A model generated the notes under the pieces. It saw nothing but the letters and a program-made list of their open reading frames with translations, had not been told where the DNA came from and ran no database searches. Made by a program: the position numbers and the translations under genes. Of a DNA stretch of 64,000 bases, positions 33,071 to 41,521 are shown in pieces. The DNA lies in the NCBI GenBank assembly GCA_003218305.1, contig QHMY01000038.1, positions 7,464 through 71,463 on the forward strand, in the 5' to 3' direction. Position 1 is the first letter of the stretch. Each line of letters opens with the position of its first letter. Source of the stretch: Verrucomicrobiota bacterium (GTDB taxonomy: Bacteria > Verrucomicrobiota > Verrucomicrobiia > Chthoniobacterales > UBA10450).

Positions 33071-34180
33071 TTGCGACTTGTGACGACCGCCGCTCCCAAA
33101 AAAACGCCGCTCTACGAGGAGCATGTCCGCCTCGGCGCCAAAATGATCCCGTTCGGCGACTGGATCATGCCGGTGCAATACAGCGGCATCATGGACGAGC
33201 ATCAGGCCGTGCGGAACAACGTCGGCATCTTCGATATTTCCCACATGGGGCAATTGGTCGCGACCGGTCCAGGCAGTGGCGGGTGGCTCAACGAAATGCT
33301 GACCAACAACATCGACAAACTCGAGGTGGGAACCGGCCAGTACACTTTCTTGCTCAACGAGCGCGGCGGGATCATCGACGACCTGATCGTCTATCGAACG
33401 GGCCCGGAGGAATTCCTGTTGGTGGTGAATGCGTCGCGCGTGGATGAAGATTTCGCATGGCTGAAGCAGCATCTGGCGGCTTCCTGTGAGCTGACGAATC
33501 GCAGTGACAGCTTTGGCGGGGTCGCGATTCAGGGGCCGCGCGTGGTCGATCTTTTTCACGCGCTGCTCGGCAGCCAGGTCGAGCTCCCGGCGCGCAACCA
33601 CATTGTAGAGCTCCAACTGGACGGAATGAACCTCTCGATTGCCCGGACCGGCTACACCGGCGAAGACGGAGTCGAGGTGTTCTTTTCCGCGAAAGATGCG
33701 GCGAAGTTCTGGAACACCGTGCTGAAGACGGGCGAACAATTTGGCATCAGGCCCTGCGGCCTGGGCGCGCGCGACACGCTTCGGCTGGAGATGTGCTATC
33801 CGCTCAATGGCTCCGATCTTTCGCCTGAGCACAACCCAATCGAGGCCGGCTTGGGATTCTTTGTTGATTTGAAAAAGCCGATTTTCATCGGACGCGACGT
33901 GCTCATCCAGGCAAAGGAAAACGGAACGCCCAACCGCCTCGCTGCCTTCCGCATGAAGGGCAAGGGTCCACCACCGCGCCCACATTATGGAGTCTGGCTC
34001 GCCGGCGATCAGATCGGCGAAACCACCAGCGGGACACTGTCACCGAGCTTGAATCAGGGGATAGGGATGGCGTACCTTCCGACGCAACACGCTCGTGCCG
34101 GCACAGAGATTGAAATCGAAATTCGCGGGCAGAAATTCCCCGCCACTATTGAGAAGAAACCACTCTACAAAAAATCATGA
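33071..34180 (+). CDS. gcvT: glycine cleavage system aminomethyltransferase (T protein)
   Basis: Motif: KKTPLYEEHVRLGAKMIPFGDWIMPVQYSGIMDEHQAVRNNVGIFDISHMG. Confidence 0.92.
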   Translation: MRLVTTAAPKKTPLYEEHVRLGAKMIPFGDWIMPVQYSGIMDEHQAVRNNVGIFDISHMGQLVATGPGSGGWLNEMLTNNIDKLEVGTGQYTFLLNERGGIIDDLIVYRTGPEEFLLVVNASRVDEDFAWLKQHLAASCELTNRSDSFGGVAIQGPRVVDLFHALLGSQVELPARNHIVELQLDGMNLSIARTGYTGEDGVEVFFSAKDAAKFWNTVLKTGEQFGIRPCGLGARDTLRLEMCYPLNGSDLSPEHNPIEAGLGFFVDLKKPIFIGRDVLIQAKENGTPNRLAAFRMKGKGPPPRPHYGVWLAGDQIGETTSGTLSPSLNQGIGMAYLPTQHARAGTEIEIEIRGQKFPATIEKKPLYKKS

Positions 34181-34554
34181 ATGTTCCTGACGATCTTTTT
34201 TATACCGAGAGCCACGAATGGATTAAGCGCGAAGGCGACAACGCGCGCGTTGGCATTACCGATCATGCGCAGGCAGAACTGACGGACGTTGTCTACGTTG
34301 AGCTGCCAAAGGTCGGGGCAACTGCGGAGGCCCGCGGGCAAATCGCGGTCGTGGAATCGGTGAAGGCGGCCAGCGACATTTACGCCCCGGTCAATGGGAC
34401 GGTCGTGGAGGTGAACAAGGCGCTGGAAGGCAATCCTGCGTTGGTCAACACGGATCCATTCGGTGAAGGCTGGATCTTCGTTTTGAAAATGGATTCCCCC
34501 GACGACATCAAGCAGCTGAAAGACGCCGCTGCCTATCGCAAGGTGATCGAGTAG
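34177..34554 (+). CDS. gcvH: glycine cleavage system H protein
   Basis: Motifs: YTESHEWI, GITDHAQ, and the lipoyl-Lys motif ESVKAASDIYAPV. It overlaps gcvT by 4 nt. Confidence 0.92.
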   Translation: MNVPDDLFYTESHEWIKREGDNARVGITDHAQAELTDVVYVELPKVGATAEARGQIAVVESVKAASDIYAPVNGTVVEVNKALEGNPALVNTDPFGEGWIFVLKMDSPDDIKQLKDAAAYRKVIE

Positions 34555-34610
34555 GTCACTGCCAAAAGCGAAGGTGGAGGCGCTTGTGCCAGGCGGTTAC
34601 CCAACGCGAC

Positions 34611-34631
34611 AGGCGCTTGACCCAAGCGCCT
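34611..34631. terminator. hairpin between convergent gcvH and the receiver gene (candidate bidirectional terminator)
   Basis: AGGCGCTTG-ACC-CAAGCGCCT forms a 9-bp perfect stem. U-tracts are weak on both sides. Confidence 0.45.
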
Positions 34632-35036
34632 CTACATTTGCCTCGTCTTGGCGGGAGCTGGGCAAAGCATTTCGTCCACGCAACGGATGAGATCGTCCAG
34701 CGAGACAGCCGTCGCCAGGAAGCTGTAGCCGCCGATGAATCCGCCAGTCACCACTTTCTTTTCCGAGGCTGCGTTCCCGCTCAGAAAAAGGAACGGCGTA
34801 TCCCTCAGCGCCGGTTCCATCTTAAGCTGGCGATTGACGTCTTCGCTCTCCAACTCCGCCTTCGTGGCATCGAGCAAAACTAAATCGGGCAAAAACCAAG
34901 GCGCGGCATGCAGGGCAAGGCGGCTGTCTTGCTCCACCCTAACAAGATATTTTCCCGTGCTTTCGAGCGCGCGCCGGACGAATGCCGTGATATGCGGCTC
35001 GTGATCCACCAGCAGGATCTTTTTCAGGAACTTCAT
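34632..35036 (-). CDS. stand-alone response-regulator receiver domain protein
   Basis: KKILLVDHEPHI...DLVLLDATKAE...FLFLSGNA follows the CheY-like layout. The start is taken at MKFLKK; the maximal ORF runs to 35105. Confidence 0.75.
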   Translation of the reverse strand: MKFLKKILLVDHEPHITAFVRRALESTGKYLVRVEQDSRLALHAAPWFLPDLVLLDATKAELESEDVNRQLKMEPALRDTPFLFLSGNAASEKKVVTGGFIGGYSFLATAVSLDDLIRCVDEMLCPAPAKTRQM

Positions 35037-35209
35037 CGCGCTGCTCTCACTCTGGCAATGACTTAGCATCGCGTATGCCAGAGGCGTCGAGCCAGTCCGG
35101 GCCAAATGGTCGTCTCACCCTCGCATCGACCCCGGACGTTGAACACGGTGGCTTCGTCCGGTGGTAAGAATAAGTTTTGGCGATATGTTAACGCTCGTCT
35201 TCGCTACCC

Positions 35210-36802
35210 ATGAATAAATATAAAGCGCTTGTGGCGTTGCTGATTCTTGCAGCAGGACATAATGCCGTTCTTGCAGACACGGTTTCTTTCCTGCCCCAAA
35301 AGGACAACACGATTTACCTGGATTTGAACGGCCAACTCAGCAACGGCCAGGGCATTTATCTCTTCGTGGGAAAGACCACCAACGATTTGTTGCGCCGAGG
35401 GTTGATTGCGTTCGATCTCTCTTCAATCCCGACCAATGCGACAGTCACCGCGGCAACTCTCTCCCTTTACTCAAACCGGCCGCGCCCAAACGACGTCGCG
35501 GTCGATGTGTCGTTGAACAGAGCCTCGCGCAATTGGGGCGAGGGTGCTTCCAACGCCGGCGAGCCCGGCGGCATCGGCGCACAGGCAGAGACCAATGACG
35601 CTACCTGGCTGCACAGCTTCTACGACACCAGCTTCTGGACCACGGCTGGTGGCGATTTCTCACCCGCGCCCAGCGCTACCACACCGGTAAGGGATAATGG
35701 GATCTACACCTGGAGCGGCAGCGGATTTCTGGCCGACGTGCAATCGTGGGTTTCCAACCCCGCGACTAACTTTGGGTGGTTCATCCTCGCCTCTGAAACG
35801 GTGTCGGGAAATGCGCAGCGATTTAATACCGGGGAAAATCCCAATGACCCGCCACAGTTGACGGTAACCTACCAGTTGGCGTCCCCTACCCCCGCGGGAA
35901 CTCCCAGCCCAACGCCAACGTCCAGCGCAACACCTGGCCCCACGCCGACCCCGACCCCCAGCCCCCCTCCACCAACACCAACTCCGACCGCGACATCGAC
36001 GCCAACTGCGACGCCTGGCACGTTGGGAAACATCTCGACCCGCCTGCGCGTTCTCAGTGGAGACAATGTCTTGATCGGCGGGATGATCGCTACCGGCACG
36101 GGCAGCCCAAGAGTGATCCTGCGGGCTATCGGGCCGTCGCTCACCAGCCTCGGCGTTCCCGGCGCCTTGCAGGATCCAACGCTGGATCTCTTTCAGGGCA
36201 GCACGCTGCTCATAAGTAATGACGACTGGCAGATTTCCAGTCAGCAGGCGGAGATCGCGGCGAGCGGGTTCGCTCCGGGCAACCCAGCTGAATCAGCCAT
36301 CATCTTGACGCTAACGCCGGGGCAGGGTTACACGGCGATCGTGCGTGGGAAAAACGGGACGACCGGGGTAGGAGTGGTGGAGGTATACGACCTGGATCAT
36401 TTGCCGACGGCGAAGCTGGGGAACATCAGCACGCGGGGATTCGTGGACGTGGACGACAACGTGATGATCGCGGGAGTGATCGTTGGGCCCGCCAACGGGA
36501 CCAGCGCGAAAATCCTGGCGCGAGCGCTGGGGCCAACGTTGACCGACTTTGGAGTACCGGGCGCATTAGCCGATACCACGCTCGACCTGGTGAACTCAAG
36601 CGGGACAGTGATCCGGTCGAACAACAACTGGAAAGACGATCCGCTGCAACGCTCGGCGATTGAAGCAGCCGGCCTGGCTCCCGGCCATGACGAAGAAGCA
36701 GCCCTGGTGGAAACTGTGGCGCCGGGCGCCTATACCGCGATTGTGCGCGGGCTCAACCGCACCACCGGCGTCGGGCTGGTGGAAGTTTACCACCTTCCCT
36801 AG
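35210..36802 (+). CDS. secreted multidomain protein: DNRLRE-like beta-sandwich domain, Pro/Thr linker, two copies of an unassigned ~125-aa module
   Basis: The signal peptide is MNKYKALVALLILAAGHNAVLA. RRGLIAFDLSSIPTNATVTAATLSLY...NWGEG...ATW matches the DNRLRE-type pattern. The linker is PTPAGTPSPTPT...TPTATP. There are two modules of the form LGNISTR...GP(S/T)L...NDDW/NNNW...YTAIVRG..TTGVG(V/L)VEVY.L. Confidence 0.75.
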   Translation: MNKYKALVALLILAAGHNAVLADTVSFLPQKDNTIYLDLNGQLSNGQGIYLFVGKTTNDLLRRGLIAFDLSSIPTNATVTAATLSLYSNRPRPNDVAVDVSLNRASRNWGEGASNAGEPGGIGAQAETNDATWLHSFYDTSFWTTAGGDFSPAPSATTPVRDNGIYTWSGSGFLADVQSWVSNPATNFGWFILASETVSGNAQRFNTGENPNDPPQLTVTYQLASPTPAGTPSPTPTSSATPGPTPTPTPSPPPPTPTPTATSTPTATPGTLGNISTRLRVLSGDNVLIGGMIATGTGSPRVILRAIGPSLTSLGVPGALQDPTLDLFQGSTLLISNDDWQISSQQAEIAASGFAPGNPAESAIILTLTPGQGYTAIVRGKNGTTGVGVVEVYDLDHLPTAKLGNISTRGFVDVDDNVMIAGVIVGPANGTSAKILARALGPTLTDFGVPGALADTTLDLVNSSGTVIRSNNNWKDDPLQRSAIEAAGLAPGHDEEAALVETVAPGAYTAIVRGLNRTTGVGLVEVYHLP

Positions 36803-36833
36803 CACCTTCCCTAGGCACCGGGCTTCGGTTGGT

Positions 36834-38195
36834 TTAACCGAAGATTCCGATATTTGGATGAGCGAATCGTCCGATGTTCGGCAGCACGGTCGACAGATCT
36901 GAATTACTGACGCCGAACCACGTCGCCAGCGTGGCGGAGAATTCGTCCACCGATGTGGTCGGGATCCAGCGGCCTTGCCCGGTATCGTCTGGCCCGTTGA
37001 CGGCGAGAGTCGGGAAGGTTCCAAACAACCGCCCGCCTTGGACGGCGCCGCCGAGAACAAACTGATGGCTGCCCCAGCCGTGGTCGGAACCCGAACCGTT
37101 GGTAGGGTACGTCCGGCCAAAATCCGAGGCGGTGAAAGTCGTCACGTCCTGGGCGACTCCGAGTTCATTGGTCGCGGCGTAAAACGCGTTCAGGGCCTGG
37201 CTCAGTTCGGTGAGCAAACTCGACTGTCCGGTAAGCTGATCGCCGTGGGTATCGTAGCCGCCAACCGAGCAGAAGAAGATCTGGCGGCGCATGCCGAGGG
37301 CGTTTCGCGCGGAGATGAGCTGGGCGGCCATCCTCAACTGTCCGGCGAGCGTGGTCGTCGGAAAAACGGTCTGGAGAGGGGGAAGGCTACCGAGAGCGGC
37401 CGTAAGCAGGTCGTTCGCGGCGATAGAGCGGGAAACCGTGTCCGCGTAAGCCTTCTCGAATAAATTGTTATGCGGCAAAGCCAGGAGATCCTTGAACGCC
37501 TGCAAACGCACATTGGCATTTGCGCTCCCGTTGAATCCGCCCAAACCAATGCTTCCATTGGACGAAACGTTATAGGGAAGGACGGTATTTCCGACCTCGA
37601 AGGTGTTTGTTCCGGCGATCGAGATGTTGAGCGAGATTTGCGAATTGCCGTTGAGCGAATGAAGCAGGTCGGCCAACCGACCGCCCCAACCTGTGCGAGG
37701 CGGCTGATCGGGGACGGAGGTCTGCCACTGAACCGATTGGTCCGCGTGCGAGAAGAGCTGCGGCGGCACGGCCGCGCCTCCGGAGAGATATTGGGCGCGG
37801 GTGATCGGGGCGACGAGCGTGCCGACATTCGAGACGATCCCGAGGTGGCCCTGGTTAAAAAGAGCCTGTAATTCCACCAGGCTTGGATGAAACCCAAAGT
37901 CGCGTCCATCGCCGTTTGCCAACGTAAGGGGAAGCAGCGAGGCCTGTGGGACTGCGAGAATGCCCCGGTCCGAGGCGTAGGATGCGTATCCGGCGTTGTC
38001 GTGCGGGACGATGACATTGTTGGCATCGTTTCCACCGAACAGGAAGAGACACACGAGCGCCTTGTAGTCGTTCCCGCTTGGAATGGTGGCAGCGCTCAGC
38101 CTCCTGAGATCGAAAATGGTGTTGAGGATTCCGGTGGTGGTGAGGGCAGCACAGGCAGCCTGGCGAATGAACGTGCGGCGGGTGGGTGCGTACAT
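36834..38195 (-). CDS. DUF1501 family protein (sulfatase/phosphatase-superfamily fold), Tat-exported
   Basis: The Tat-like N-terminus is RRTFIRQAACAALTTTG. Motifs: LFLFGGNDANN, FSHADQ, GGYDTHGDQ, SDFGRT, GSDHGWGS. Confidence 0.9.
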   Translation of the reverse strand: MYAPTRRTFIRQAACAALTTTGILNTIFDLRRLSAATIPSGNDYKALVCLFLFGGNDANNVIVPHDNAGYASYASDRGILAVPQASLLPLTLANGDGRDFGFHPSLVELQALFNQGHLGIVSNVGTLVAPITRAQYLSGGAAVPPQLFSHADQSVQWQTSVPDQPPRTGWGGRLADLLHSLNGNSQISLNISIAGTNTFEVGNTVLPYNVSSNGSIGLGGFNGSANANVRLQAFKDLLALPHNNLFEKAYADTVSRSIAANDLLTAALGSLPPLQTVFPTTTLAGQLRMAAQLISARNALGMRRQIFFCSVGGYDTHGDQLTGQSSLLTELSQALNAFYAATNELGVAQDVTTFTASDFGRTYPTNGSGSDHGWGSHQFVLGGAVQGGRLFGTFPTLAVNGPDDTGQGRWIPTTSVDEFSATLATWFGVSNSDLSTVLPNIGRFAHPNIGIFG

Positions 38196-38196
38196 A

Positions 38197-40989
38197 CTAT
38201 TTGTCGATGCTGAATTCGGGCGAGTTAATCACGAGATAAACGGCGGTCTTGGCCCGCTCAGTTGGGTTGTCCGCTGGAATTTGAGTGATGGCATTGACCA
38301 GGATGTTGCGCATTTCCGTGGACATGTTGTTGGCCAGCAGCAGGGAATTGAGATGGTCAACCAATTGCGACGGGTTAGCGGCCAGCGCTTGTTCGGCCGA
38401 GAGATTCAGCGTGATCCTGTTCGTCGAAGGACCCAGAGTGCTGTAAATCGCCGTATTGAGGTAATTCGCGACTGTCACCGCCGTGGTTTCGGTTGTGATC
38501 TCGAATTCGGGACTTTTCAGACCGGCGTCCGCGATCGCGCCCGGCCTCTCGTAATCGGGGGTAAAGAAATTGAAAACCGTAGGCGAGTGCATCGCCTCCT
38601 CACCTAAATTGGTAAACGCATTTCGAACCGAGAATTTACCGTCCATCGACGTAGCGTTGAACGCGCGCAAGAGATTCGTGAGGCGAATGACCGGCTCGCG
38701 TTGATGTCCGGCACCTTGCGTGGTCTTCGCGCTGCCTCGCGCCTCGTAATCCAGCAGGATGGCCCGCACCACCGCTTTCAAATCGCCCCGGACGCCCTGC
38801 CCGTTGTCATTGAAAACGGCGGTGACGCGATAGAGATAACCCGGGCTCGGGTTGCTCGTCACCAGCCGCTGAATCAGCTGCCGGCAAATAAACGGCCCGA
38901 CATTCGGATGATTGAAGATCGTATCGAGGGTGGTGGCAAAGTCCTGTGCGGCAGTCTGTCCTCCCGGGATCAGCACACCGTTCAGGATTGTCTTGGGATC
39001 GGTAGAATGATGGCTGACCACGTTGACCATCGGGTTACGCCAGTCGGCCGGTGGATTGAAAACCGGAGGATTTGTGGTCTGCGCGTAGGTCCAACCCGTA
39101 AAGACCGCGGCCGTTCCGAGGATCGCCTGTTGGTCGTAGGTCGCAATCGGCAACCCGACGGAGCTGAGGGTCAGGCTTCCATCAAGATTGAGATGATAGA
39201 GGCCGATCGAGAACAGCTGCATGATCTCACGGGCGTAGTTTTCGTTAGGCAACCGCGTACCGGCAGTGTTTGCCTTATCGTTCTTGAGCATGTCGAGATA
39301 TCGCCCCATCGCGGGATTGAGGGTGATGTTCTCGAGGAGCTGGCGAAAATTCCCAAAGGCGCCATTGACCAAGACATCATAGTAGGCCGGGAGCGCTCCC
39401 GGTTGGTTACCCAGATTTCCGGTGGTATTCGAAACCACCAGGATTTCACTCAAAGCGAAGGCAACCCGTTGTCGCAATTGGTCGGGAGCAGAAATCGCGT
39501 AGGTCCACCAGGCATCGTTCGTCTGAGTGATGGTTGGCGGGTTGACTCCCGACGCATCCATGAACGCGAGATGCGAAGAGGGCGGCGCCGTAAACTGGTC
39601 GTTCAGGAAAGCGTCGAAGCCCTGGCTTTGGACGGTCGCAATCAGCGCCGTGGTCGGGCCAAAGGTTGCTTGAGAAAGAAATCGACCGGCATCGGCAACG
39701 GTGGGCGTGCCGGATGGAAGCGGCGGCGGCGGTGTTGGAGCCGGTGGGATCTCCCCGCCCCTCGACAGATTAAAGAATCCCGAGATTTCTCCCGCAGGAA
39801 ACGCCGCGGTCTGCATGCTGAAATAGATCTGGCCGGCCCGGAGCAAGGCGACGATGTCCGCAACCGAATACGGTCCGACTGGAGTGAAAACCCAGAGGTA
39901 GGTTCCGTCGGGTTGTGGAATCGCCGCGCTAACGTCGAACAACACCGTGCCATCCGCGGCGTAAATGCGCATCCCTGTGACGGGACCGGTGAGGTTCGAA
40001 AACTCGAACGAAAAGATCGCGGAGGCTCCATCGCCGGACAGCCGCAAGCCGGCACTGCCGGAGCCCGGTGAATTGACCCCTCCCTGCGAGCGCAGCGAGG
40101 TTGAATAAAGCGTTGACCCATCCGCCTGGGGCGGCTGGTCCAGATCGTATACCTCGATCAGGGCAATCCCCGTGGTGTTGCCCGCGCCGCGAGTGATGGC
40201 CGTGTAATTACCCGGAGGAAGGGTCGCAACAATCGCCGGCTCGCGATCGTCGGTCGGCACGAGGGTGCTGGCGGCGATCTCTGCCGGTTGCGTGGTGCGC
40301 CAATTGTCGTTGGCCGCCATGAGCGCGCCGTTGCCGTCATGCAATTCTAGCATCGGGTCCATCAGCCGACCCGAAAGCGGAGTCCCGCTCAAATTCAGCG
40401 ACGGACCCCCTACGCGAATGATCACCCGCTTGGGCACGTCGCCCAAGACGATAAAACCTCCGATCATCACGTTATCGTTGGTCAGAACGTGGCCGCGGGT
40501 AGAGATGTTGGCCAGCCGCGACGTCGGAGTGCCGCTGTCGAGATCGTATACTTCAACAATCGCGACGCCGGTCGCATTGTTGGCCCCACTAACAATGACC
40601 GTGTAACTCCCCGTATTGAGCGTGGTAATTAAGGCCGAATCACGATCGTCTCCGGGCGCGAGACCGGCCGCAACGATCGCGCTCTGCTGCGAAGTGCGCC
40701 AATTGTCGTTAGACGCGATCAAGGCGCCAGTCCCATCGTGTAACTCCAGCACGGGATCACTCAGCGTGCCTTGCACGGGAAGCGACGGCCCCAGCGCCCG
40801 CAACGCCACGGTCTTCTGGCCCGTACCGTAAATAATGAAGCCGCCGATCAGGACGTTGTTGCCGGTCTCAACAACCATGCGGGTCGAGATGTTAACCGCG
40901 CGCGAAATGGCCTGCGCCGGCGTTGCGAACAAACCCAGCCCACCCACGGCTGCCAATGAACACCCCGCGTATCGAAACAAACGTCTCAT
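38197..40989 (-). CDS. secreted fusion protein: 2 x NISTR...VEVYDL module + CHRD domain + Pro-rich linker + DUF1800 domain
   Basis: The signal peptide ends ...ATPAQA. The modules span aa ~28-283. The CHRD-like part spans aa ~291-406 and ends IYFSMQTAAFPAGEISGFF. The DUF1800 part runs from FLSQATFGPT and includes NYAREIMQLFSIGL, TGWTY and HHSTDPKTIL. Its stop is 1 nt from the DUF1501 start. Confidence 0.85.
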   Translation of the reverse strand: MRRLFRYAGCSLAAVGGLGLFATPAQAISRAVNISTRMVVETGNNVLIGGFIIYGTGQKTVALRALGPSLPVQGTLSDPVLELHDGTGALIASNDNWRTSQQSAIVAAGLAPGDDRDSALITTLNTGSYTVIVSGANNATGVAIVEVYDLDSGTPTSRLANISTRGHVLTNDNVMIGGFIVLGDVPKRVIIRVGGPSLNLSGTPLSGRLMDPMLELHDGNGALMAANDNWRTTQPAEIAASTLVPTDDREPAIVATLPPGNYTAITRGAGNTTGIALIEVYDLDQPPQADGSTLYSTSLRSQGGVNSPGSGSAGLRLSGDGASAIFSFEFSNLTGPVTGMRIYAADGTVLFDVSAAIPQPDGTYLWVFTPVGPYSVADIVALLRAGQIYFSMQTAAFPAGEISGFFNLSRGGEIPPAPTPPPPLPSGTPTVADAGRFLSQATFGPTTALIATVQSQGFDAFLNDQFTAPPSSHLAFMDASGVNPPTITQTNDAWWTYAISAPDQLRQRVAFALSEILVVSNTTGNLGNQPGALPAYYDVLVNGAFGNFRQLLENITLNPAMGRYLDMLKNDKANTAGTRLPNENYAREIMQLFSIGLYHLNLDGSLTLSSVGLPIATYDQQAILGTAAVFTGWTYAQTTNPPVFNPPADWRNPMVNVVSHHSTDPKTILNGVLIPGGQTAAQDFATTLDTIFNHPNVGPFICRQLIQRLVTSNPSPGYLYRVTAVFNDNGQGVRGDLKAVVRAILLDYEARGSAKTTQGAGHQREPVIRLTNLLRAFNATSMDGKFSVRNAFTNLGEEAMHSPTVFNFFTPDYERPGAIADAGLKSPEFEITTETTAVTVANYLNTAIYSTLGPSTNRITLNLSAEQALAANPSQLVDHLNSLLLANNMSTEMRNILVNAITQIPADNPTERAKTAVYLVINSPEFSIDK

Positions 40990-41206
40990 AATTTTAGAGC
41001 CGCTGCCGCAGGAGAACCTCAGTTTGCTGAGGAGGCATTGGATTTTGGATAGAAAAAACGAGCAAGTATTGAACCAACGATCGCCTGCATTTCCGCGAGT
41101 TTCTCCGGCATTGGCTCGAGGAAATCACTGCGATGGAACACCAGTTCCGGGCAGAAGTCGCGCTTTTTTGTCCCCTGCCTTATGCTTAATTGCTTCACCC
41201 CTTCCC

Positions 41207-41521
41207 ATGCCAACCGCAAAGAAAGTCGAACCCGGACAGAATTTTGAAGGCGCCATGGATCGGCTCGAGGAAATCGTCGAGCAAATGGAGTCTGGTAAAA
41301 TGATGCTGGAAGAGCTCATTGTGCGTTACGAAGAAGGAATGAAGCTGGTCAAGGTTTGCCAGGAACGGCTGGCCAGCGCAGAACAAAGAATTGAAATCAT
41401 CACCCGAAACAATGCAGGCAAGCCGATCGTGAAGGACTTCGAACCGGCCGTGGAAAAAGAACGTGTCGCGAAACCCGACGGAAAAGGAGAAACCGCCCAT
41501 GACGAAGTCAGCCTCTTCTAA
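41207..41521 (+). CDS. xseB: exodeoxyribonuclease VII small subunit
   Basis: FEGAMDRLEEIVEQMESGKMMLEELIVRYEEGMKLVKVCQERLASAEQRIE. The start is ATG 41207 inside track ORF 40835..41521. Confidence 0.88.
   Translation: MPTAKKVEPGQNFEGAMDRLEEIVEQMESGKMMLEELIVRYEEGMKLVKVCQERLASAEQRIEIITRNNAGKPIVKDFEPAVEKERVAKPDGKGETAHDEVSLF

Noticed and set aside
35880-36015. Low-complexity CCNACN-rich DNA that superficially resembles the heptamer element or a tandem repeat or CRISPR-like array.
   Set aside because: It is the in-frame Pro/Thr linker (PTPAGTPSPTPTSSATPGPTPTPTPSPPPPTPTPTATSTPTATP) of the secreted protein. It has no regular repeat-spacer structure. No CRISPR array was seen anywhere in the window.
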